From contig CAZLZR010000013.1 in assembly GCA_964564015.1 (NCBI GenBank), positions 18,252 to 82,251 of the forward strand: a stretch of 64,000 nucleotides of DNA, given 5' to 3'. Of this stretch, positions 10,604 to 20,787 are shown piece by piece. The first letter of the stretch is position 1. Each line of letters begins with the position of its first letter. The position numbers and the translations under genes were made by a program. This DNA comes from an uncultured Acetivibrio sp. (GTDB lineage: Bacteria; Bacillota; Clostridia; Acetivibrionales; Acetivibrionaceae). The notes under the pieces are model-generated. The model was not told the DNA's origin. It saw nothing but the letters and a program-made list of their open reading frames with translations, and ran no database searches.

Positions 10604-13600
10604 ATGGGTAAACAATGTTTTAGGAGAGTAACAGCAATAATTTCAACAGTAGTTTTTCTGGTGTCAAGTTATACGGCAGTGACATTCGCAGCTACTGAAA
10701 CGGTTCAGTCTTACTGTACCAAAGAAGTTACGCCTGTTATTGCTGTTAATTTGGGAGGCTCACAGGATACAGAGGTTGACGGTATTAACTTTAGAAGTGA
10801 AAATTCAGTTGATAATCTTTCCATATCTGTTGGAGGGCCTTCAGAGGAGATGATTCCGGCGTCCTCAGTAAATGCCTTGTCAAGAATTGAGGCAGAATCC
10901 TTAGTGGAAAACCATGGTTTGGTGGTTGAAAGCTGCCCTGATATTGGAGGAACAGAAAATCTGGCTTACATCGATAACGGGGATTACGCAGCTTATGAAA
11001 ATGTATATTTTTCAAGAGGCACCCGAGGATTTATGGCTAGAGTGTCAAGTGAAACGGAAGGTGGAAATATTCAGTTGAGATTGGACTCTCCCTCCGGTGA
11101 AATAATTGGAGAAGTTAAGGTAGAGAGAACTGGTGGATGGCAGGAGTATCAAGATGTCTTCTGCGAGCTTTATAGAAGCGTTGAAGGATTACACCGCTTG
11201 TATTTGGGATGTGTTGGAGAGCGGACTGGCATGTATAATATCAATTGGTTCCGTTTCTTAAGGGGTCCTTTTGATCCAATCAAAGCTAAGAACTATGACG
11301 AAGCAAGTAATGACTATTACTTGTACAAGCAGGTGCAATTTGGTTATACCCGCAGTTTGGACAAATTTAAAACCCATATTTTCAAAGGAATTAGCGGTAC
11401 TGTGGACGTGAGGCTTGACAGCCCCACAGGTGAAGTTATTGCATCAATTACCACAGATGGTAGTGAGGCGGTTTTTGAGGACACACTTCGTAACAATTTA
11501 ACCGGTGTTCATGATTTATACATAACCGATGATAAAGGTGGTTCGCTGATTTCAAAAATTGACTGGTTTGCTTTTGATTCAGAACAGCAGGATTTAGGAA
11601 CAGTTGATCAGGATTTAAGAACGCTTCTTTCTTCAGATACAAGAGGATATAGTATTGATTTAAACTTTTCGCTCGAAAAAAATACTCTGTATGAGTTTTT
11701 CTTATACTCAGCAGAGTATCAGAAAGAGAACAGACAAGTTTTTGATATTGTTGCAAACGGATCTGTTATAGATACAGTTGATATGGAAAAGTCAGATAAA
11801 AACTGGGCCAAAAGCGGTCCCTACCTTGCGAAAGTTTTAGAAGACGGCAAACTTTCAATAGAGTGTAAGTCAAAAAGCGGTATTGTAACGGTTGCAGGTA
11901 TTGAGTTGAATAAAGTTACATACTCTAAGGCATTTAAAGATGTAAAAATAAAAGACTGGTTTTACATCCCTGTAATGGAACTTGCAAGCCAGGGGGTAAT
12001 TTTCGGTAAAGGAACCGACCTCTTTATGCCGGCAGATCATATAATAGGAGAACACGCAGCATATATGCTTTTCGGCGTTATGAAAAGGTCTATTGCCGAG
12101 AGTGACAGCAGTTTTATTCCTGAAAGATTCAGAAAGCTTTCGGACGTACCGCCGGATTTTTGGGCTTATCACTATATGAGTGCTTATTACAATTATTTTT
12201 ATAAGGAAAAAATGTTAAGGTATGACGTTAACACAAAGGCTGCATACAGTGCAAAACAGTACGAAGAAAGCAAAAAGGTCAGACGTGAAGAATTTGCAAT
12301 GGCTATAATAGGTACAAGACGATTGGATTATAATGAAGATGGTAAGGTTTTTGCTCTTGACCCTGAACTTGAACCATCAGCAAAATTAAATAACTACAAG
12401 GACAATGATGCATCAAAGGTAACCGATAGCTTCAGGTATTTTGTGGAGCTTGCACTAGAGAACAACTTAATGAAGGGTGACCACTTGGGAAACCTTAATC
12501 CTAATAATCCGGTTACAAGAGGTGAAGCAGCTGCGTTTATCTATAACGCATTAAGACTTGAGAAAAACAATTACGTAAAACCTCAAGGTGACGAAGTATT
12601 ACCTGTGCCAAGAATTACAGCCAAAAAAAGAAACGTGAATGTCGGCATATTGATACTTCAAGCACCGGCAAGGGATACAATTAACAATATCGACGTAAAC
12701 GATCCGAATCCTGACTTTACAATGCTGGAGCTCTTGGACAGAAATATAAACAAACCTATGGACTGGGTACTTGTAAACCCACATCCACCTGCTTTTAACA
12801 AGAGTGAATTCAAGGATGTTATGCAGTACAGTTCATCAAAAATCAAAGGAATTGATAACAAGGATTACGATGATTTCTGCAACTATTTCACCGATTTAAG
12901 AAGTGTGGCCAAGGCACAGACAGACCTTGAGGCTGATATGACAGGTACGGGAGTTGTCGGTGACAAGGAAAATATGAAAAAGTCCAAATTCTTTAAGTAT
13001 TGGGAGGTATCTATAAATGATGATACACTTACTCCTGAGAAAATTGCAAAGGACTATGACGTTTTGTTCCAGACTTCTCATGGTAGTATAACTTACCCGA
13101 AAGATGTCCAGGACAAGGTAAAAGCATTCTTAAATGCAGGTGGCCAGCTATGGTGGGAAAACTGCCGAGGATTGGAGATTAAAGCCGGAGACGGTTTTAC
13201 CGATGAGATTGGATTTGTTTCGTTAAATCCAGGAAACAACTATAAGTATCCTCAAGTACCGGTGTTGGATTCAGAGGGAAAAATGCATCCTCTGTTTGAT
13301 AATATTTATACAATTGACCGCGAAAAGACAACTCGCGTGTTTGCACCGGGGCTTATCAACAAAAACAGTGAAATATCCATGCTCGGAGATGGAGAAGAGT
13401 GGTTGAATGATGACAACCGTTATCTTTCAAACATTTTGCCTACAGACACGGTTTTGTTAAATATTGAAGAGCCGGAGACGGGTCTGAAGCGTCCGAACAT
13501 TATTACCAGAAGTGTTAAGAATGAGAACATGCCGGAAGGAAGAATTGTAATCACAACCAGTGATATTGGGTGCGCTATTTCCAAATTCGTAGAGCGTGGA

Positions 13601-14482
13601 GGCGGCAAAGCTGTTGAAGACTATAAATTCTGCTACAACCTCTTTGGATGGATGTCAAAAATAGGTGTCAGTTTTGATGAGACTACAGCTAATTCATGGG
13701 ATGGAAGTAATGTATATGCTGTTGAAGCAACAGTTACAAACTATGGAGCAAAAACTCAGACTTATGATCTTAGCTCAGCTTATGATGCAAAACTCTGGGA
13801 TTTAACTGCTACAACAGACTATGCAAAATACAAGGAACAGTATCCATGGATTAAGAGTATTGACAAAAAAGGATATCCGAATAAGATAGAACTGAAACCG
13901 AACCAGTCTGAAGTTATTACTTTCAGGTTTAATATAAAAACTGCGGATATTAGATATTATGAATTTATACTCAAGGCTTCGGAGTATGGCGTTTTAAATC
14001 CACGTGATTCTGTAGAAACTACCTACAGGTTAAATAATGTAAGAGTTCCTAAGCCCGTTATGTCAAATGTAGTAAACCATAATGACAACAGTTCATTTGA
14101 TGTAGTATTAAACGCTCCGGAAGAAATAGACAATGACTTAAGACCGGAGACCTATGAATTGAACATTAAGTTTAAAGGCAGTAATGGGCATATCAATCCG
14201 GAGGCAATCTTTGACAGTATCCAGCTTGATACTTCAGTTAACACACCGGGGTTGGTAGTCGTTTCGCAGAATTATGTTTCCGATGCCAAAGACGTAATAT
14301 ACTTAAAGATAAAAATTGAAAATGTAGTATTTACTAACGCAAATCAGAAAATTAAACTTAGCGTTATGCTCAGGAACGTTAACTCTCATGGTGGTATGGA
14401 AATAATAGGTAAGACCGAGGTTTACGATCCTGTTTCGCTTCAAAGACTGGCGTTCTCAAATGAGTCAGTTCTTAGAAAATAG
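10604..14482 (+). CDS. Large secreted multidomain surface protein: CBM6-like modules, malectin-like module, three central SLH repeats, DUF4159-like (class I GATase-like) domain, C-terminal Ig/CARDB-like region
   Basis: Signal peptide. CBM6-like segment RIEAESL...AYIDNGDYAAYENVYF...NINWFRF and a second degenerate copy ending KIDWFAF. SLH-like segments FKDVKIKDWFYIPVMELASQGVIFG, FRKLSDVPPDFWAYHYM and DSFRYFVELALENNLMKGD...VTRGEAAAFIYNAL. Segments DVLFQTSHGSITYPKDVQDKVKAFLNAGGQLWWENC and GRIVITTSDIGCA resemble DUF4159 (from memory). RBS aagggagga. Confidence 0.8.
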   Translation: MGKQCFRRVTAIISTVVFLVSSYTAVTFAATETVQSYCTKEVTPVIAVNLGGSQDTEVDGINFRSENSVDNLSISVGGPSEEMIPASSVNALSRIEAESLVENHGLVVESCPDIGGTENLAYIDNGDYAAYENVYFSRGTRGFMARVSSETEGGNIQLRLDSPSGEIIGEVKVERTGGWQEYQDVFCELYRSVEGLHRLYLGCVGERTGMYNINWFRFLRGPFDPIKAKNYDEASNDYYLYKQVQFGYTRSLDKFKTHIFKGISGTVDVRLDSPTGEVIASITTDGSEAVFEDTLRNNLTGVHDLYITDDKGGSLISKIDWFAFDSEQQDLGTVDQDLRTLLSSDTRGYSIDLNFSLEKNTLYEFFLYSAEYQKENRQVFDIVANGSVIDTVDMEKSDKNWAKSGPYLAKVLEDGKLSIECKSKSGIVTVAGIELNKVTYSKAFKDVKIKDWFYIPVMELASQGVIFGKGTDLFMPADHIIGEHAAYMLFGVMKRSIAESDSSFIPERFRKLSDVPPDFWAYHYMSAYYNYFYKEKMLRYDVNTKAAYSAKQYEESKKVRREEFAMAIIGTRRLDYNEDGKVFALDPELEPSAKLNNYKDNDASKVTDSFRYFVELALENNLMKGDHLGNLNPNNPVTRGEAAAFIYNALRLEKNNYVKPQGDEVLPVPRITAKKRNVNVGILILQAPARDTINNIDVNDPNPDFTMLELLDRNINKPMDWVLVNPHPPAFNKSEFKDVMQYSSSKIKGIDNKDYDDFCNYFTDLRSVAKAQTDLEADMTGTGVVGDKENMKKSKFFKYWEVSINDDTLTPEKIAKDYDVLFQTSHGSITYPKDVQDKVKAFLNAGGQLWWENCRGLEIKAGDGFTDEIGFVSLNPGNNYKYPQVPVLDSEGKMHPLFDNIYTIDREKTTRVFAPGLINKNSEISMLGDGEEWLNDDNRYLSNILPTDTVLLNIEEPETGLKRPNIITRSVKNENMPEGRIVITTSDIGCAISKFVERGGGKAVEDYKFCYNLFGWMSKIGVSFDETTANSWDGSNVYAVEATVTNYGAKTQTYDLSSAYDAKLWDLTATTDYAKYKEQYPWIKSIDKKGYPNKIELKPNQSEVITFRFNIKTADIRYYEFILKASEYGVLNPRDSVETTYRLNNVRVPKPVMSNVVNHNDNSSFDVVLNAPEEIDNDLRPETYELNIKFKGSNGHINPEAIFDSIQLDTSVNTPGLVVVSQNYVSDAKDVIYLKIKIENVVFTNANQKIKLSVMLRNVNSHGGMEIIGKTEVYDPVSLQRLAFSNESVLRK

Positions 14483-14505
14483 GTATTGAAAATTTGTTAA
14501 AGATA

Positions 14506-14540
14506 GGAGTGTCGCAGAATCAGAGCGGCACTCCTTTTTA
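14506..14540. terminator. Bidirectional intrinsic terminator
   Basis: ggagtgtcgc / gcggcactcc stem (one G-U) followed by ttttt. Confidence 0.6.
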
Positions 14541-14565
14541 AATTGAGGGAAGTTTTCAGAGACTT

Positions 14566-14955
14566 TTACTTTTCCAATATAAAGGCATTGGGCAGGAAAT
14601 CACTAAGACTGTATGCTTTATACTCACTTTTATTGTTGCTGCATAGTATAACCAGATCCTTGTCTGCAAATTCAGATATGACCTGTCTGCATATACCGCA
14701 AGGAAATGTATAGTCTTCAGAGTCACTTGAAATTGCAATGGCTTTAATGCTTTTTTCACCTTCAGAAATAGCTTTGCATATAGCTGTCCTTTCAGCACAA
14801 ATAGTTGCCCCATAAGAGGCGTTTTCAACATTTACACCGGTGTATATGTTGCCCGAATTGCCAATCAATGCAGCTCCGACATGAAAGTTGGAATACGGAG
14901 CATAAGCATTTTGCTTGATTTCACTTGCCAATTTGACCAGATTCTCATAATCCAT
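14566..14955 (-). CDS. cdd: Cytidine deaminase (homotetrameric type)
   Basis: 129 aa with zinc-binding motifs CAERTAI and PCGICRQ. RBS ggagga. Confidence 0.9.
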   Translation of the reverse strand: MDYENLVKLASEIKQNAYAPYSNFHVGAALIGNSGNIYTGVNVENASYGATICAERTAICKAISEGEKSIKAIAISSDSEDYTFPCGICRQVISEFADKDLVILCSNNKSEYKAYSLSDFLPNAFILEK

Positions 14956-15211
14956 ACAGATAGTCCTCCATACATGTGTATATTTATTCAGCTTTAGCCA
15001 TAAGGATAATAATAATATTTGACTACTTTATTAAAAAGCTCTATTTACGAAGTGTTTTTATTATATCATATTCAAAAGACATGAATATAGGCTAAAGAGA
15101 ATGTAAATTTGCCAAGGGTCGCACGGGTTGAACTAACAGTTTGTTGATTATTAATTTGAGCTTATGATATAATTAGCCATACAGTATTAATTGATTTAAG
15201 GGGCTAAAATA

Positions 15212-16957
15212 ATGAAAAATGTTTTAAAAGCATCAATAGAAATTTGCTTTGTTATAGTTTCGATTTTTGTTTTATCATCTGTTTCATTTGCAGTAACAGC
15301 AAATGACTACTATAATGAAGGAATTTCGCTGATGGAATCAGGAAATTACAGTGAAGCTGTACAGAAATTTGACAAAGCTATTGAGATAAACCCTAATTAT
15401 TCTAAATATTATTACAGCAAGGCGATATGTTTTTCTAATCTTGGGAAATATGATGATGCAATAAAGCTATATGACAATGCGCTACAGTTGAATCCCGGTT
15501 TGGACGATGCCATTATCAATAAAGCGGCATGCCTTATGGAAGCTAATAGACTTGAGGAAGCACTTGAAACTGTAGACTATTTTATAGATGAAAATCCAGA
15601 AGTTACTGATGCATATCTTTTAAAGAGTAATATTTTGTTGAACATGAAACGCTATACTGACGTAATTGATGTATCTGACAAATTGATTGTTACCATAAGA
15701 GGTCAAAAAAAATTATTATCTTTAGCATATTCAAACAAGGGAAAGGCTTTTTCCTTTCTAGGCAGGATTACTGAAGCTATTAGTGCAAGCAACAAGGCTT
15801 TAGAGCTTGATAGCACCAATATAGAAGCATATGTTGCCATGAGTTTTGCATTCAATTATGAGAAAAAATATGAAGATGCGGTTGAAATGTGTGACAAAAT
15901 AATTGCCACCCAGCTTAATTCTGTACAGGCATACATAAGCAAGGCGTATTTTCTGTTGAATGACGAAAAATATGAAGAAGCAATAGAATGCTGTTACAAG
16001 GTATTGGAGTTGAGTATACCCAAGACCCCTAATAATTGCTCGGATATTTTTACATACCAATCCAGTGCTTTATACGGACTTGGAAACTACAAAGAGGCTC
16101 TTGAAGCGGCAGAAAAAGCAATAGAGTTTAATCCTCAGGCTGCTAAAGCATATTCAAACAAAGGAAGTGCTCTTGGGCAACTTGGTAAGTATGAAGATTC
16201 TGTTGTTGCATGCGATAAAGCTGTTGAAATTGATGCCAAGCTTATTGAGGCATATGTTTCAAAAGCGTATTCGTTGAACGGGCTCAAAAGGTATGATGAA
16301 GCAATAGAGGAGTGCAAAAAGGCTATTGAAATAAGCTCTGGGGATGACAAACTTCGCACATTGGCATTTTCATACATGGGAATTGCTCTAGGAGGTAAGG
16401 AAGAGTATGAAGAGGCCTTGACGAGTTTTGATAAGGCACTGGAATTTAAGCCTGAAGCCTCATATACCTTAACATCTATATACACAAATAAGGCAAATGT
16501 GCTTATAGATATGCATAACTATGACGAGGCGCTCGAATGCAGCAAGAAATCTATCGAAATTGATCCGGGAAATTATGAGGCATACATATATAAAAGCAGT
16601 GCCCTGCTAGGCCTTTTGAAGTACGATGAAGTTATAGCATGTTGTGATGAGGTGATAGAATCAAAAATCGAAGATTATAGAATTTATACAAATAAAGGGT
16701 TGGCTTTAAAAAATAAAGGAAAACTTGGTGAGGCATTAAAAGCTTTTGATAAAAGTCTTGAATTAGAACCTGACAATGAAACAGCAAAAGAAAACAGGGC
16801 AGGTGTTTCTTCAAAAATTACCGGCAGTAAGATTGCAATATTCTGTGGAATATTTGTTCTGGCTGTGGCAATTGCAGTCATTGTATATATGGTTTTTGGT
16901 AAAAAGAAGAGAAAAGATTTACGGCTTGAGGATATATACAGAGGTATAGATTACTAA
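15212..16957 (+). CDS. TPR-repeat protein with N-terminal signal/anchor and C-terminal TM helix
   Basis: About 14 consecutive 34-aa TPR-like units (e.g. YYNEGISLMESGNYSEAVQKFDKAIEINPNYSKY). N-terminal hydrophobic segment. C-terminal IAIFCGIFVLAVAIAVIVYMVF followed by KKKRK. Confidence 0.85.
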   Translation: MKNVLKASIEICFVIVSIFVLSSVSFAVTANDYYNEGISLMESGNYSEAVQKFDKAIEINPNYSKYYYSKAICFSNLGKYDDAIKLYDNALQLNPGLDDAIINKAACLMEANRLEEALETVDYFIDENPEVTDAYLLKSNILLNMKRYTDVIDVSDKLIVTIRGQKKLLSLAYSNKGKAFSFLGRITEAISASNKALELDSTNIEAYVAMSFAFNYEKKYEDAVEMCDKIIATQLNSVQAYISKAYFLLNDEKYEEAIECCYKVLELSIPKTPNNCSDIFTYQSSALYGLGNYKEALEAAEKAIEFNPQAAKAYSNKGSALGQLGKYEDSVVACDKAVEIDAKLIEAYVSKAYSLNGLKRYDEAIEECKKAIEISSGDDKLRTLAFSYMGIALGGKEEYEEALTSFDKALEFKPEASYTLTSIYTNKANVLIDMHNYDEALECSKKSIEIDPGNYEAYIYKSSALLGLLKYDEVIACCDEVIESKIEDYRIYTNKGLALKNKGKLGEALKAFDKSLELEPDNETAKENRAGVSSKITGSKIAIFCGIFVLAVAIAVIVYMVFGKKKRKDLRLEDIYRGIDY

Positions 16958-17078
16958 ACCTCCTGGTCTTATACAATATAAAGATTGTGTCTGATTGATT
17001 TGCTTTTGCAAGGCACGAATCAAATAAATGATTTTGCCTTTGTAATATAATTAAATTTATTTATGAAAGGGGTATAAT

Positions 17079-18740
17079 ATGGGTATTTTAAAAAGGGGTT
17101 TCAAGAAAATTGTTACTTTGTCCTTGTGTACTGCACTGTTGTCGACTTCTATTATCACAACATCCGTTGTCAATGTCTCAGCAGCAGGGTATGACTATTC
17201 CGAAGCACTAAAAAACTCAATTCTTTTCTATGATGCAAATAAATGCGGTAAGGATGTTGCAACAGACAATGTATTTTCATGGAGGAGCGCATGCCACACG
17301 TCCGATGGCAGCGATGTGGGAGCGGATTTGACAGGTGGTTATCATGATGCCGGTGACCATGTGAAGTTTGGTTTGCCACAGGCATATACAGCTTCGGTAC
17401 TTGGTTGGTCTTTATACGAGTATGATGAGGTTTTTGCAGCTACGGGCAACAAGACAAAGATGCTTCAACAGTTGAAGTATTTCACCGACTATTTTATAAA
17501 GAGCCATACAGATGCCAATACATTTTACTATCAGATTGGTGACGGAGAACTGGATCATCAGTATTGGGGATCTCCTGAACTTCAGACAGGGTCAAGACCT
17601 GCTAAGTGTGTGGCAAATTCAAGCAAGGCAGCCAGTGATATTCTGGGAGAAACAGCAGCGGCTCTTGCACTTATGTATCTAAATTACAAAGATGTAGACT
17701 TGACATATGCAAATAAATGTCTTAAGACGGCAAAGGAACTTTATTCAATGGGCACATCCAACAAAGATCGTGGAGATGGACAGTATTTCTATGCTTCTAC
17801 CAGCATTTACGATGATTTGTCATGGGGAGCAGTATGGCTTCATATTGCAACAGGTGATAACTCTTATCTTGATGACGCTAAAACATTTTGTTTAAATAAG
17901 AATTCCAACGGAGATAATCCGCTTCAGCATAAGTGGACAATGTGTTGGGACGATATGTACATTCCTGTGTTTGTAAAGCTTTCAGAACTCACTGGGGATG
18001 AAACATATAAGGGAGCAGTAGAATACAACCTGAATTACTGGATTAACACTCTCGCAACAACCCCCGGAGGATTGAAATACCTTCATTACTGGGGTTGCTT
18101 GAGATATGCAGCAGCATCTTCCATGATTGCAGCTATCTATTATAAACAGAATCCTGATCCCAAATATATTAATATGCTGAAAACCCAGATAGATTACATC
18201 TTGGGTGATAATCCCGCAAATATGTCGTATGTGGTAGGAATGGGCAATAAATGGTCGCAACATCCTCATCACAGGGCAGCACAGGGTGGACAGGGATATG
18301 CCAATAATGCCAACACAACACCTGCTAAGTATGTTTTGCTTGGTGCTTTGATAGGTGGTCCGGATGTGTCTGATACTTTTATTGACAGCGTAGTGGAATA
18401 TCAATACACTGAGGTTGCGCTTGACTACAACGCAGGTTTTGTAGGAGCCTTGGCAGCCGTTGTGAAGCATTATGGAGGTGTTTCAATACCTACACCAACG
18501 AAGACCTCATCTAATCCTACACCAACGCCATCAAAAGTTGTAGTTGGGGATCTGAATTCCGATGGGAAATTTAACTCCATTGATTTTGGCTTATTAAAGG
18601 CATATTTGCTGAAGTTGTCTCTTATGCCTATTGACTTGACTGCAGCAGATGTAGATGGAAACGGTTCAGTAAATTCTATTGATTTTGGATATATGAAGCA
18701 AAGGCTTCTTGGAATGATACCAAAGTTACCGATAGAATAA
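17079..18740 (+). CDS. Cellulosomal GH9 endoglucanase with C-terminal type I dockerin
   Basis: Signal peptide. GH9 motifs GGYHDAGDHVKFGLP, SYVVGMGNKWSQHPHHRAA, YQYTEVALDYNAGF. PT linker. Dockerin segments GDLNSDGKFNSIDFGLLKAYLL and ADVDGNGSVNSIDFGYMKQRLLG. Confidence 0.95.
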   Translation: MGILKRGFKKIVTLSLCTALLSTSIITTSVVNVSAAGYDYSEALKNSILFYDANKCGKDVATDNVFSWRSACHTSDGSDVGADLTGGYHDAGDHVKFGLPQAYTASVLGWSLYEYDEVFAATGNKTKMLQQLKYFTDYFIKSHTDANTFYYQIGDGELDHQYWGSPELQTGSRPAKCVANSSKAASDILGETAAALALMYLNYKDVDLTYANKCLKTAKELYSMGTSNKDRGDGQYFYASTSIYDDLSWGAVWLHIATGDNSYLDDAKTFCLNKNSNGDNPLQHKWTMCWDDMYIPVFVKLSELTGDETYKGAVEYNLNYWINTLATTPGGLKYLHYWGCLRYAAASSMIAAIYYKQNPDPKYINMLKTQIDYILGDNPANMSYVVGMGNKWSQHPHHRAAQGGQGYANNANTTPAKYVLLGALIGGPDVSDTFIDSVVEYQYTEVALDYNAGFVGALAAVVKHYGGVSIPTPTKTSSNPTPTPSKVVVGDLNSDGKFNSIDFGLLKAYLLKLSLMPIDLTAADVDGNGSVNSIDFGYMKQRLLGMIPKLPIE

Positions 18741-18770
18741 TAAAGATATAGAATAATAAAGATAAATTTA

Positions 18771-18812
18771 GCTGCCATGAAGGGTTTTGTGCCCTTTGTG
18801 GCAGCTTTTTTT
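18771..18812 (+). terminator. Intrinsic terminator of the GH9 gene
   Basis: gctgcca...tggcagc outer stem with inner aaggg/ccctt, followed by ttttttt. Confidence 0.7.
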
Positions 18813-18955
18813 GCTTTTGGGTTGAATTGCTAATAGAATTTCTACCGAACAATACAAGCGCTTGTATATGGTTTTATTATTAGCGAAGTTGAGATGTTGC
18901 GGAGCGGACTTAAAGGTGGTTCCAATACAAAATTATGTAATCTTTTCTCAAACAA

Positions 18956-18984
18956 TTGTTTTTATTGCTGTAAATTTGTATAAT
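18956..18984 (+). promoter_or_regulatory. Candidate sigma-A promoter for yifB
   Basis: ttgttt, 17-nt spacer, tataat, ending 43 nt upstream of the ATG at 19027. Confidence 0.35.
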
Positions 18985-19026
18985 AAATATATATCGAAAA
19001 ATAGAATATGTGGAAGGTCGTGGCAT

Positions 19027-20553
19027 ATGCTATCAAAGGTTAAGAGCTTTGGTCTTATGGGAATTGATGGGTATGTTGTCATTGTTGAGACAGATATATC
19101 CAACGGAATTCCGTCTTTTGACATGGTTGGACTTGGAGATACAGCGGTAAAAGAGTCCAAAGAACGTGTCCGTGCAGCTATAAAAAATGCAGGTCTTGAA
19201 TTTCCTATTAAAAGAATTACAGTCAATCTTGCTCCGGCAGATAAGAAAAAGGAAGGATCAGCCTTTGATCTTCCGATTGCGCTTGGTATTTTAGTTGCTA
19301 CCGAGCAAGTTAGCAGTCGAGATATTGAAAGCTATGCTTTTATGGGTGAATTATCACTGGACGGTGAAATTAAACCGGTTAAAGGTGTTTTGCCCATGGT
19401 GATCAGTGCAAAACAAAGCGGCATGGGAAACATTGTTCTACCTCTTGAAAATGCTGATGAGGCAGCGGTGGTTAGTGGAATTAATGTTCTCCCTGCAAAA
19501 AACATAGTTGATGTAGTAAACCACTTAAACGGCGCTTGTACACTAGATAGGCATAACATTGATATTAATGCACTGTTTGAAACAAATATTGCTTATGATG
19601 TGGATTTTGCAGATGTAAAAGGACAGGAAAATGTTAAACGTGCACTTGAGGTTGCAGCTTCCGGCGGGCACAATTGTGTGATGATTGGAAGTCCGGGTTG
19701 CGGTAAGACAATGATTGCAAAAAGATTGCCTACTATTCTTCCTTCCATGACCTTTGATGAAGCTCTCGAAGTGACTAAAATACATAGCATAGCCGGAAAC
19801 CTGCCTGACAAAACCTCTTTAATCACTCAAAGGCCATTCAGGGCACCTCATCATACAATTTCAAACGTCAGCCTTATAGGTGGGGGAAAGTACCCAAAAC
19901 CTGGGGAAATAAGCCTGGCGCATTTTGGAGTGCTGTTTTTAGATGAGCTGCCTGAGTTTGATAAGAATGCGCTTGAGGTGTTAAGACAGCCTTTGGAAGA
20001 CGGAGCAGTTACAATTTCAAGGATTAATGCAACTTTTACATACCCTGCAAGGACAACCCTGATATGTGCTGCAAATCCTTGCAAATGTGGGAACTATTTA
20101 GATGAATCAAAGGAGTGCACTTGTACTCCGAAGCAGATTCAGCAGTATTTGGGAAAATTGTCAGGCCCCCTGTTGGATAGGATAGATATCCAGATAGAAG
20201 TGGCTTCAGTAAAGTATAAAGATCTTGAAGGTCAGGAGCAGGGAGAAAAATCAAGTGTTATAAGAGAGCGGGTAAACAAAGCCAGAAAGATACAGCAGAA
20301 ACGATACGAGGGATTAAATATTTATTCTAATGCAGAGTTGACACCCATGCTAATTAAGAGGTACTGCAAACTTGATGAAACATGCAAAGAGATATTAAAG
20401 AGTGCATTTGACAAGCTGGGCATGAGTGCCAGGGCCCATTACAGAATTCTTAAGGTGGCAAGGACAATTGCTGATATGGATGAAAGTGAAGATATCAGAC
20501 AGGAACATCTGCTTGAGGCAATACAGTATAGAAGCCTGGATAGGAAGATGTAA
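19027..20553 (+). CDS. comM: Mg-chelatase-like AAA+ protein YifB/ComM
   Basis: N-terminal Lon-protease-S16-like domain (MLSKVKSFGLMGIDGYVV...), Walker A GSPGCGKTM, Walker B VLFLDELPEF, C-terminal ChlI-like domain. The ORF-track upstream extension (18862) lacks homology and an RBS. Confidence 0.9.
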   Translation: MLSKVKSFGLMGIDGYVVIVETDISNGIPSFDMVGLGDTAVKESKERVRAAIKNAGLEFPIKRITVNLAPADKKKEGSAFDLPIALGILVATEQVSSRDIESYAFMGELSLDGEIKPVKGVLPMVISAKQSGMGNIVLPLENADEAAVVSGINVLPAKNIVDVVNHLNGACTLDRHNIDINALFETNIAYDVDFADVKGQENVKRALEVAASGGHNCVMIGSPGCGKTMIAKRLPTILPSMTFDEALEVTKIHSIAGNLPDKTSLITQRPFRAPHHTISNVSLIGGGKYPKPGEISLAHFGVLFLDELPEFDKNALEVLRQPLEDGAVTISRINATFTYPARTTLICAANPCKCGNYLDESKECTCTPKQIQQYLGKLSGPLLDRIDIQIEVASVKYKDLEGQEQGEKSSVIRERVNKARKIQQKRYEGLNIYSNAELTPMLIKRYCKLDETCKEILKSAFDKLGMSARAHYRILKVARTIADMDESEDIRQEHLLEAIQYRSLDRKM

Positions 20554-20787
20554 AGATTTTTAGAAGATTTTCACAAAATTAATTCCAAACATTTTAAAAA
20601 ACCGGATGAATTTTTTATATTGTAACGAATATTAAGTATGACGATAAGTACAAAAGATTTTGAGCGGTTAAGTCTTAATATTGCGTTTTTTATGAAACCA
20701 AATGATTATCAAAAAAGTATTCGTTTACCACATCGGAGTGGATATTTTTTTGAGTAAATAAAAATATTATAAGAGGAGGAAGTAGAA

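Noticed and set aside
18862-19026. 55-codon upstream extension of yifB in the ORF track
   Set aside because: It has no homology to YifB N-termini. The conserved protein begins at MLSKVKSFGL (19027), and the extension overlaps the predicted promoter.
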